Origin: Myxococcota bacterium
GTDB lineage: Bacteria > Myxococcota_A > UBA796 > JAJRTE01
Reading direction: 5' to 3'
NCBI GenBank assembly: GCA_024278455.1
Contig: JAJRTE010000082.1
Span: 16,026 to 80,025, forward strand
Length of the DNA: 64,000 bases
The notes below the pieces were generated by a model. That model was not told where the DNA came from and did no database searches. It was given only the letters and a program-made list of their open reading frames with translations. Within the stretch, counting starts at the first letter, position 1; every line of letters starts with the position of its first letter. This document shows positions 1-7,964 of the stretch, piece by piece. Made by a program: the position numbers and the translations under genes.

Positions 1-241
1 CCCGCAACAAAAACCGGCAGCCACCAGCCTGCGCCGTGGCCCCGGTCAGACCGGGCGCACGCGAAACGGGGCCGCTTCGCGGCGCGGGAACCCGTCGCGA
101 CGGCGACGGGATCCAATCGGGCCAGAGCCCGTCGAGGCTGATACCGGCCCCGCCGCCCAGGCAGGCTGCCCAGGTGCCGAAACGACGCCAGGCAAACGGG
201 GGGCGATCCGGCCGGGCCCTGAGGCGCACGGCCCGGGGCAG

Positions 242-889
242 TCAGCGGTCACGCCAGCTCAGGCGGAACGGACATCGCCCTGCCCCTTCCGCGATGGTGG
301 TCTCTCTCTCCAACTTTACGTCGGGCTCATAGATCGGAAAGTAGAGCCGGTCCACCTCACAGAATACGGATGCCAGCGCACCCGCATCCACGCTTGCCAG
401 GGTGGCCGGAATCCGGCAAGCCACCACGTCGAACGCAGCCCGCAGCGGAGACATTTCGATCACCTCCGTGTCAGCGAACGGAAAGTCGGCCGCCAGTCGC
501 CTCGCCGCCTCGTCCGACCCCCCTTCCACCAGCGAAAGGAAGCTCCCGCGCCGAAAATCGGGATAGATGGCACGCAGGTGCAACAGGCTCGAGTTCAAGA
601 TGATACGCCGGGCGATCTCGAACGCGCGCGCGTCTCCCTGCCATTCCCGGAGCACCTGGTAGAGATTGACCGCCGGGGCCAACTCGTCTCGAGTCGCAGC
701 CTCTCGCGCGTCCACGGGCTTGCTCACCTTGCGAAACGGCCGACCGGTCGCGTTGCGCATGCCCACCTCGGCGAGGATGGCGGCCGTTTCGACCCGCCCG
801 AACCCGCGGCGGAGTTCGTCGTAGGCAATCAAAAAGGATCTCGCAATCAGTGACGGTTGGAGCGACATGGCTTCTCCTGATCTCGACAT
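242..889 (-). CDS. hypothetical protein (no recognisable domain)
   Basis: Long ORF on the minus strand with balanced amino-acid composition, unlike the Arg/Pro-rich overlapping frames. The start is ambiguous between ATG at 889 and ATG at 934. No motif identified. Confidence 0.4.
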   Translation of the reverse strand: MSRSGEAMSLQPSLIARSFLIAYDELRRGFGRVETAAILAEVGMRNATGRPFRKVSKPVDAREAATRDELAPAVNLYQVLREWQGDARAFEIARRIILNSSLLHLRAIYPDFRRGSFLSLVEGGSDEAARRLAADFPFADTEVIEMSPLRAAFDVVACRIPATLASVDAGALASVFCEVDRLYFPIYEPDVKLERETTIAEGAGRCPFRLSWRDR

Positions 890-1078
890 GATCGAATGAC
901 CGCCGAACCAGCCCGGCACGAGACCGAGGAGCAAGGGCCGGGCGCGCCCGCGCGGCGGGGCTCCTCCATGGTAGCCCGACAGTCGCGCAGGTTGTCAAGC
1001 GCCGGTTGTGCCGGACGCGAGGGCATGGTATAGACCCTGCTGTCCCGGATCGACGGGCCTTTGTGCGTGGGGGTGTAC

Positions 1079-2071
1079 ATGAATGCGCTGGTTACCGGCG
1101 CCAACGGCTTCATCGGCAGCCACCTGGTCGACCGCCTGCTCGCCCTGGGGCACACGGTTCGGGCGTTCGTCCGGCCCGGGGCGCGCCTCCAGTGGCTCAC
1201 CTCGCCCCGCGTCGAGCTGTTCTACGGCAGCCTGACCGACCCCGCCGACCTTGCGGAGGCGCTCGATGGTATCGACTGGGTCTTCCACGTGGCCGGCACC
1301 GTGGTCGCCCGCGACTGGCGCGGCTTCTACCAGGCCAACGTGCGGCCGGCGCGTGCGCTCCTGAAAGCCATTCGTGAACACGCGCGCCGGATCGAACGGT
1401 TTGTCCTCGTGAGTTCCACGGGCGCGAGCGGTCCCAGCCCCGATGGGCACCTGCTGCGCGAGCACGAATTTCCTGCCCCAGTCGGCGACTACGGGCGATC
1501 GAAGCTCATCGCCGAACGCATCACGGCGTCCTTTGCCGACGCCGTCCCGGTGACCATCGTCCGGCCGTGTGCCGTGTATGGACCCAGGGATCGCAACTTC
1601 CTCATCATGTTTCGCCATGTCCAGAGCGGGCTCATCCCGGTGCTCGGTTCCCGGGAGCAGATCATCAGCTTGATCCATGTCGAAGAGCTTGTAGACGGCA
1701 TCGTGCGCGCGGCAGAGAGCGTAAGGGCTCGAGGCGAGGTCTACTTCCTCGCCGGAGAGCGACCCCACACCCGGAGCGAGATCCTCGAGACTGCCGAGCG
1801 GGTCGCTGCCACGCGGGCACGGAGGCTGGTCATTCCGGACCGGGCACTTTCCGCGTTCCTGGCCATCCAGACCGTGGCCGGCCGGGTCTTTCCCCGGGCC
1901 AGCCTCCTGAGCCCGGAACGACTCGCGACGTTGTCGCACCCATGTTGGGCCTTCGATGGCAGCAAGGCTCGAGAGCACCTCGGGTTCCGCACCAAGATAG
2001 ACCTCGAGGACGGACTGACGAACACCTTTGCCTGGTACTGCGCCCAGGGATGGTTGACCCCGGCCAGATGA
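1079..2071 (+). CDS. NAD(P)-dependent epimerase/dehydratase (extended SDR family)
   Basis: N-terminal Rossmann motif 'ALVTGANGFIGSHLVDRLL' (TGxxGxxG) immediately after Met at 1079. Length of about 330 aa is typical of UDP-sugar epimerase/dehydratase-type SDRs. Confidence 0.8.
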   Translation: MNALVTGANGFIGSHLVDRLLALGHTVRAFVRPGARLQWLTSPRVELFYGSLTDPADLAEALDGIDWVFHVAGTVVARDWRGFYQANVRPARALLKAIREHARRIERFVLVSSTGASGPSPDGHLLREHEFPAPVGDYGRSKLIAERITASFADAVPVTIVRPCAVYGPRDRNFLIMFRHVQSGLIPVLGSREQIISLIHVEELVDGIVRAAESVRARGEVYFLAGERPHTRSEILETAERVAATRARRLVIPDRALSAFLAIQTVAGRVFPRASLLSPERLATLSHPCWAFDGSKAREHLGFRTKIDLEDGLTNTFAWYCAQGWLTPAR

Positions 2072-2443
2072 CATGAGGGCCGCTTCGCGGCAGGCGAGAA
2101 GGTGGTCACACGCGCCACGGGCGAAGCGTTCCGCCCCATCCATGTCCCGCGTGGGACATCGATGCCCCACATCGCCCCGACCTACCGCCGATCGTATGCC
2201 CCACACCCATTCCGGCAACCACGAAACAATCCATCCAGACGGTTCCGAACAGCTTGCCCGGCAGAGGCTGGCAGCAACCGCTCGCTGCGACGGCATCAAG
2301 GAACCACTTGCAATCGCGACGGATGCACGATGACCCTGCCGGCGTGGCCTGCCGCGCGTGCCTGGCGCCGGCGCCCGGACCGAACCGCACGCCGCGAGAA
2401 GAAGTCACGATCTCGCTACCCGACGGTTTCCCTTTGCCTCGCA

Positions 2444-2472
2444 TTGACTTGGCAGGCACCTTGCAATATGGT
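2444..2472 (+). promoter_or_regulatory. candidate sigma70-type promoter (TTGACT-N17-TATGGT) about 95 bp upstream of the 2569 lipoprotein gene
   Basis: Seen directly: TTGACT at 2444-2449, a 17-nt spacer, and TATGGT at 2467-2472. A GGAGG Shine-Dalgarno sequence lies immediately before the ATG at 2569. Confidence 0.25.
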
Positions 2473-2568
2473 GAAGCCAGAAGTGAGACATGCGACACGG
2501 TATCGACGCTGCCACGCATTCTCGATTTCACGGTTTGTTTCGCCTGGAGTCTCTTTCGGAGGTGAACC

Positions 2569-4281
2569 ATGACAAGCTTCCGCGGAAGTACTGCAACCCT
2601 CTTGCTGGCTTCGTTGCTGGTGTCGGCGCCCGGCTGCGGCGACGGAGGAGAAGAAGCCACCCCTGTCCACTACGATCGGATCATCACCGGGTACGTCATC
2701 GACAGTGACGGGGCGCCCGTCGAGGGTGCCACGGTCCAGGACCAGGACAGTTTCTATGTAGCGCAGACCAACTACCTGGGCCAGTTCGTCATCGGCATGG
2801 AAGTCGACGACGGCAGCGACGGTATCCTGTTGACCGCCACGAAGCCGGGATACCTGGCAAACAGCGCGTCGATCCCGTTCGTTGACGCCACCAGCCATTT
2901 CACGACCACGATCACGCTGCTTCCCGGCGAAGTGCAAACGCTCGATGCCACGACCGGGGGCGAGTTGGTCTTTGCGGAAGGCAAGCTGATCCTGAACTTC
3001 GGCCCCAACTGCATGATGGACGAGTTCGGCAACCCGATCGACGGCGAAGTCGATGTAATGGTGCAGTACACGGAGCCGGAAGACCTGGTTCCGGAACGAT
3101 TGCCGGTTCCGAGCATGAACGCATGGGATCCGTCGTCTCCTGACGCGCCGGTGGGTCTGTCCAGCTACGGCATGTTCTCCATGGAGATCTACCAGGGGGA
3201 GGAGCGGGTGTACCCGGCGAGCGGCACGGAGTTCGGCATCGAATTGACCACGATGGGTCGATTCATCGACGCCGAATGCACAGACCGCGCCGCGGGGTGC
3301 AACGGTATCGCGCCAGATTCCACCGTGCCGTTCTGGACGATGGACGAGGGGTCGGATACCTGGGATTTCGCGGGCTGGTTCACGGTCATCGACTACGGTC
3401 CGTCGGACGAACAACAAAAGGCCGGTGCCGCCACCGAGGACGACCTGGTGGACACCGACGAGACGCGGTACTCGGTCTACGTGGACGTTGAAGTCGGCAC
3501 GTCCGGGTCGCCGCCGCCGCAGACCGTTTCCTACAACTGCGACGACCGGTCCATCCTGAGCTGCATGCGGGGCAAGGTGGAGGCCGGCGGGCTGCACGGC
3601 AGCACCGAGTCGACGCTGGATCCTCGAGATAGTCTCAGCTACGAACCGGTCTCTGGCGCCTGGGTGGGATTCCAGGGGCTCGGCATGGCAGACTTCTGCA
3701 CCCAGTGCGAATGTATCCGCCAGGTCGAGAAGGAGGTCTGCAACGACCCCGACGATGCCAACGACGACGGAGATCGCGAATGCTACACCACCTACGTGGA
3801 TGAGTCCCGGCTCGTCGGACCGGTGGGCAGCGGCGCTGGCAACGACCCGTGCCCCCCGTCCCCCGGAGACAAGTCCTGTAGCTGTACGCAGTGGGATCGC
3901 CGCTTCGACGTGCCCTATGCCGGGTCGGCCTACACCGACGCCAACGGCGAATACTGCGCCAACGTCGGACAGCGTATCGACCACGGCACGGTTCTCAAGG
4001 AGTGGATGATCACCGAGAGCAACCCGGACAACGGGTCGCCGTCCACCTACGCGGTCCGGTACGAGTACCACGAAGACCTGAGCAAGAATCGTGAACTCCA
4101 GGGTCTGAAACCGAACAATATGTGCGAAGACGGCTCCTCGGCGTCGTGCGGGACCTGGAACCACCAGATCCCGTGCGAATGGTTCTGGATGAACGACGCT
4201 TGCGTCATCGTGGGCGGGTGCGAGACGTTCCACATGAACGCTTACGACGACGACGAATACTACCAGGGTTGGTACAAGTAG
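2569..4281 (+). CDS. secreted cysteine-rich lipoprotein, function unknown
   Basis: GGAGG RBS, followed by signal peptide and lipobox 'LLLASLLVSAPGC'. 570 aa. The C-terminal third is rich in Cys, Asp and Trp (for example 'CTQCECIRQVEKEVCNDPDDANDDGDRECY'), suggesting a disulfide- or metal-rich extracytoplasmic domain. Confidence 0.7.
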   Translation: MTSFRGSTATLLLASLLVSAPGCGDGGEEATPVHYDRIITGYVIDSDGAPVEGATVQDQDSFYVAQTNYLGQFVIGMEVDDGSDGILLTATKPGYLANSASIPFVDATSHFTTTITLLPGEVQTLDATTGGELVFAEGKLILNFGPNCMMDEFGNPIDGEVDVMVQYTEPEDLVPERLPVPSMNAWDPSSPDAPVGLSSYGMFSMEIYQGEERVYPASGTEFGIELTTMGRFIDAECTDRAAGCNGIAPDSTVPFWTMDEGSDTWDFAGWFTVIDYGPSDEQQKAGAATEDDLVDTDETRYSVYVDVEVGTSGSPPPQTVSYNCDDRSILSCMRGKVEAGGLHGSTESTLDPRDSLSYEPVSGAWVGFQGLGMADFCTQCECIRQVEKEVCNDPDDANDDGDRECYTTYVDESRLVGPVGSGAGNDPCPPSPGDKSCSCTQWDRRFDVPYAGSAYTDANGEYCANVGQRIDHGTVLKEWMITESNPDNGSPSTYAVRYEYHEDLSKNRELQGLKPNNMCEDGSSASCGTWNHQIPCEWFWMNDACVIVGGCETFHMNAYDDDEYYQGWYK

Positions 4282-4387
4282 CCGGTCGTGAGCACAGGGC
4301 CGGCCGCACCGTGGTTCCGGGCACCGGCCGGCAAGGCGTCTACAAGTCGCATCGACTCGAGTCGATGTTATCGAAAAGGAGTTTCAA

Positions 4388-5164
4388 ATGAAGCGGAGCT
4401 TGCTGTTCATTGGCGTACCGTTCCTCCTGGCAGGATGCAGCTCCTCGAGCAGTTCCCCCCAGGAGAGCGAGATGGTCGAGATCCCGGCCGGGCAGGTCAC
4501 CATGGGTGACGCCAGCGGCGTTCGGTACGACGCGCCGGTCCGGGTCGCCGACATTTCCTCCTTCAAGATCGACAAGTACGAGGTGACCAACCTCCAGTAC
4601 CGGCAATGTGTCACCGCGGGAGTCTGCACGCCCCCGTCGATGAACGGTTTCGACGTGATTCCCGACTACTACACCAGCGCGAAGTACAACAACTACCCGG
4701 TGACCTACGTGAACTGGTTCCAGGCCGCACAGTACTGCGACTGGGCCGGCAAGCGGCTGCCCACCGAAGCCGAATGGGAATACGCGGCTCGAGGCGACGA
4801 CGGGAGGACCTATCCCTGGGGCGACGAGGATCCCACGTGCGAGTACGCGCAGTTCGGCGAGTGCAACAATGACGATGGCTTGCTGACGCCTCGAGAGGTC
4901 GGCTCGTTCGCCAAGGGCGCCTCCCCCTTCGGCGTCATGGATATGGGCGGCAACATGTCCGAATGGGTCCAGGATTGGTATGACGTGGACGCCTACCGGG
5001 CCTTCCAGGACGGCGACGCTCCCGTATCCCCAGCAGCGGGCATCAGCAAGATCCTGCGCGGCGGTTCCTGGTGGTGCGAGAGCTTCCGGATGAACGCCTC
5101 CCTGCGGGAGCCCATGACGCCTGTCTACCGCGGGGGCAACGTCGGGTTCCGCTGCGCGCAGTAG
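4388..5164 (+). CDS. formylglycine-generating-enzyme (FGE/SUMF1)-like domain lipoprotein
   Basis: Lipoprotein signal 'FLLAGCSSSSSS'. FGE-sulfatase domain hallmarks are present: 'YPVTYVNWFQAAQYCDWAGKRLPTEAEWEYAARG', 'RGGSWWC' and a C-terminal 'GFRCAQ'. Only one of the two catalytic Cys of canonical FGE appears retained (WWCESFRM). Confidence 0.85.
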   Translation: MKRSLLFIGVPFLLAGCSSSSSSPQESEMVEIPAGQVTMGDASGVRYDAPVRVADISSFKIDKYEVTNLQYRQCVTAGVCTPPSMNGFDVIPDYYTSAKYNNYPVTYVNWFQAAQYCDWAGKRLPTEAEWEYAARGDDGRTYPWGDEDPTCEYAQFGECNNDDGLLTPREVGSFAKGASPFGVMDMGGNMSEWVQDWYDVDAYRAFQDGDAPVSPAAGISKILRGGSWWCESFRMNASLREPMTPVYRGGNVGFRCAQ

Positions 5165-5317
5165 CGACCGGAGTCTGGAGCCCCACCGGATAGCTTCATC
5201 TCACCGGCACGTGCCGCCCCCTCCCCTTTCAAGCTCATCAACGACCAACCAAGGTTCCCCCGCACACGCTATCCGTTTCAGGCAATCCCCCCCCACGGAA
5301 GAAGCTGTCCCGCTGTC

Positions 5318-5704
5318 TCAAGTCACAGCGTCCGCCAGCGCGAACGCGCTGCCCGGAACATCGCCGTAACGATTCTCCTCCGGCTCGCCCTTCAGCGTCA
5401 TCAGGTACAGGAGAATCAGCATGCCGATGAACGGAACGAAGGCCAACAGAATCCAGTATCCGCTACGCCCGGTGTCGTGGAGCCGCCTTACCGTCAGCGC
5501 CAAGGAGGGAAGGGTCACGGCGAGCACATAGACCTGGGCAAGCACAGGAAACCCAAACGTTTCGGGTGTTTTCGAGACGATGTCGAGAACGAGCGCCGCC
5601 GCCTCGATGAGCAAGCTGATCAGGGTGAAGACCCAAAACTCCTTCCTGCCGGAGCGGCCGTGGAATACCGCGAATTTGCTCAAGACTTCCCAGTAGATGC
5701 CCAT
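5318..5704 (-). CDS. DUF805 family inner-membrane protein
   Basis: Start at 'MGIYWEVLSKFAVFHGRSGRKEFWVF', the typical DUF805 N-terminus. The signature 'RRLHDTGRSGYWILL' plus flanking TM helices is present. The upstream in-frame extension in the ORF track (to 6100) lacks DUF805 features and was trimmed. Confidence 0.75.
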   Translation of the reverse strand: MGIYWEVLSKFAVFHGRSGRKEFWVFTLISLLIEAAALVLDIVSKTPETFGFPVLAQVYVLAVTLPSLALTVRRLHDTGRSGYWILLAFVPFIGMLILLYLMTLKGEPEENRYGDVPGSAFALADAVT

Positions 5705-5929
5705 GATATCCTCCTCCAGTGCTTGCGGCTTGGACTCGCCCGTTCCCTCCGGCGTAACACCGGTGGCGCGGGCCTCTGAGCCCGTGTCCTGTCGTGGGCG
5801 GTAGCCCGAAACAGGTTTCCTGCCTGGCATGGCCCGATCATCCTGCGTGCCAGCGCGAACCCAGGGCCGAAAGCGCCGCAACATCCTGTATTTCATGGGA
5901 TAGTCGATTCTCGGACATCTTCGACGGAA

Positions 5930-5977
5930 GTCCGGATTCCGGACTCGAGGCCGAACGGTGTCCGGATTCCGGACACC
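5930..5977. repeat. two copies of the GC-rich palindrome GTCCGGATTCCGGAC, the second extended to GGTGTCCGGATTCCGGACACC
   Basis: Seen directly at 5930-5944 and 5957-5977. Each forms a perfect 7-10 bp stem hairpin. They sit in the 390-bp gap between the 3' end of the YeeE-rhodanese gene (6093) and the DUF805 start (5704). Confidence 0.35.
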
Positions 5978-6092
5978 TCGCGGGCCGCCCGCGACGATGC
6001 CTTCGCCGCCACCAGCTCCTGGTTCGGAGCTTCGATCCGCGCGACCAGAACGGCCCGTGGCGGCGCGGCGGAAACCCAGCGGGCGTCGGCCC

Positions 6093-7430
6093 CTACCCAC
6101 ACCCGCCGGTCACGGCTTTCTTGCGAACCAGCTTGACCTTGTGGACGAAGGGCATCTTCGGCCCTTCCGGGACATGCACGCCGGCCGCGGAGTGGGCTTC
6201 GGACGCATCGTGCACCATCTCGAGGTAACAGTCGGTGGGGATTTCCTTGTAGGCGAGTTCGGGATAGGCGGTATTGCAGCAGTCTCCCACTGCGCGAAAA
6301 TAGGTATAGGCGGGGGTGTCGTCCGCATGAGGTTCCCCGGCCGGTTTCCCCAGGCACGGGGGCGGCGGGAAGACCTCGTGCCAGCGGTTTATCCCCCCCT
6401 CCACGATGTACACGTTGGGAAGGCCTCGAGCCTTGAGCCGCTTCCACGCCTCGGTGGCCGCCTTTTCATCCCAGGACACAGTGAAGAAGACGGTGTTGGC
6501 AGGCATGGCGGCGAGTGTCTTCACGAATGCGGCGTCCGCCAACCGGTCCAGGGAGACGGACCGGGAATTTCGCAGGTGAAAAAGGTTGTAGTCCGCCTCG
6601 GGGCGAACGTCCAGGATGACCGTGTAGACATTGGTGTCCCGGGTGAGTTCGGCGACTTCGAGAGGATGCGCATAGACGGAGCGGTCCTCGAGCAGCTTCC
6701 CGGCTTCCGGAGCGATGCGCGCCCACAAATCGCTGGGGGAGGGGTCGCCCTTCGCGGCGGTCACGACAGCGGCGAGGACCAGGAGGCCGACGGCGGCCCA
6801 GGAGGCCAACCTGCGCGGGAGCAGGCGCAGTTCCTCCTCGTTCTTGCCATCCCCGAACCTGGCTTCTGCAACCTCCGCGAGCATGAAAGAGAACAGGCCC
6901 ATGGCCGCCACGAACAGGAGCATCGTCCCGGTGCTGGTGTGGAACACCTCGGGCAGCGTGAGATGGCCGTAGTTCGATGACAGCCAAAAGCCCTCGAACG
7001 CCGGCAACGTGAGACCGAACAGGAAGATGCCCATGCCGGCGCCAACGAGGAACACGATTCCGTCGATCTTCAGAGTCGCGGCCGACACCACCGAGGTCCC
7101 GGGGCAGAAGCCTCCTATCATGAATCCCACCCCCATCGCAAGCCCGCCGGCGATCCCGGGCCAAAGATACGTGGGGTTGATCCACACCTGGGTCATGTCG
7201 ATCCAGCCGAACGAACTGAACATCCCCAGGATAACGGCAGTCATGACCACCGCGCCGAACATCACCTTGAGAACGGTCATGTCCTTGAGATAGAACTGGC
7301 CGGTCAGCTTCCTCGAATCGCCGAAACCAGCCATCTCGAGGACCCCGCCGAACCCGACGCCGATGAGGAATGAAACGATGTAGACGGTCGTCGTGCTCCA
7401 TTCCATGGTACGAGCGAAAGGACCCATCAT
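6093..7430 (-). CDS. YeeE/YedE-family sulfur-compound (thiosulfate-type) transporter half fused to a C-terminal rhodanese domain
   Basis: GAGGAGG RBS. The N-terminal 200 aa are polytopic with Gly-rich helices and a 'GGFCPGTSVV' motif, the YeeE/YedE-type conserved Cys in a Gly-rich loop. The C-terminal soluble domain carries the rhodanese-like 'VILDVRPEADYNLFHLRNSRSVSLD' signature. Confidence 0.8.
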   Translation of the reverse strand: MMGPFARTMEWSTTTVYIVSFLIGVGFGGVLEMAGFGDSRKLTGQFYLKDMTVLKVMFGAVVMTAVILGMFSSFGWIDMTQVWINPTYLWPGIAGGLAMGVGFMIGGFCPGTSVVSAATLKIDGIVFLVGAGMGIFLFGLTLPAFEGFWLSSNYGHLTLPEVFHTSTGTMLLFVAAMGLFSFMLAEVAEARFGDGKNEEELRLLPRRLASWAAVGLLVLAAVVTAAKGDPSPSDLWARIAPEAGKLLEDRSVYAHPLEVAELTRDTNVYTVILDVRPEADYNLFHLRNSRSVSLDRLADAAFVKTLAAMPANTVFFTVSWDEKAATEAWKRLKARGLPNVYIVEGGINRWHEVFPPPPCLGKPAGEPHADDTPAYTYFRAVGDCCNTAYPELAYKEIPTDCYLEMVHDASEAHSAAGVHVPEGPKMPFVHKVKLVRKKAVTGGCG

Positions 7431-7439
7431 CCCACCTCC

Positions 7440-7964
7440 TCAATTCCAGGCTTTTCTGACGAACCACGCGGTGAGGTAGCCGCCAGCGAAGAATGCCAGG
7501 AGGAAGGCCCAGCTTCCCGCTGCCAGGACGGCGCCACCGCTCAGGCCTTGACCGGACGTGCAGCCTCGAGCCATTCTCGCGCCCCACCCCACGATGATGC
7601 CGCCGACCAAAGCGAGGGCGAGTCGGACGGGCGTGCTGATCCGGGGTCCTTTGCGCACTTCCGGCTTGACTCTCCTGAAGGCCAGGCCGGAAAGCAGGCC
7701 CCCCACCAGCACGCCGGCCAACATGGGGACCAGCGGATTCGCGAGGGGATTCTTGCTCCCCCCGGCCGTGTGCGCAAAGTAGGCGTTGTGATCGACCAGG
7801 CCGGGAGCCAACTTGGAAATGACCGCGAGTTGTATGCGGTCTATCCCACCCGAAGCGCCAAGACCGCCTCCGGTCAGCCAGAACGCCAGGAACAGCACGA
7901 GACCCAGGAGGGCGCCGGACAGGTAGGGATTCACGTAGGATGGCGTACCGTTGTCGTATTTCAT
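7440..7964 (-). CDS. YeeE/YedE-family transporter half (DUF395/Sulf_transp)
   Basis: Start 'MKYDNGTPSYVNPYLSG' preceded by a GGGGGAAAGG RBS. It has the classic YeeE motif 'ARGCTSGQGLSGGA'. 174 aa, four predicted TM helices. Its ATG overlaps the upstream gene's stop (ATGA). Confidence 0.8.
   Translation of the reverse strand: MKYDNGTPSYVNPYLSGALLGLVLFLAFWLTGGGLGASGGIDRIQLAVISKLAPGLVDHNAYFAHTAGGSKNPLANPLVPMLAGVLVGGLLSGLAFRRVKPEVRKGPRISTPVRLALALVGGIIVGWGARMARGCTSGQGLSGGAVLAAGSWAFLLAFFAGGYLTAWFVRKAWN

Noticed and set aside
1-241. Possible partial gene at the window start (ORFs 36..332 on plus, 46..252 on minus)
   Set aside because: Both translations are Arg/Pro/Gly-rich with no motif. It is too short and truncated to call.
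2416-4233. 605-aa ORF on the minus strand, antisense to the Cys-rich lipoprotein gene
   Set aside because: The translation is dominated by Arg, Val, Gly and His runs with no motif. The plus-strand frame has an RBS, a signal peptide with lipobox, and a sensible composition. This is a typical GC-rich antisense artefact.
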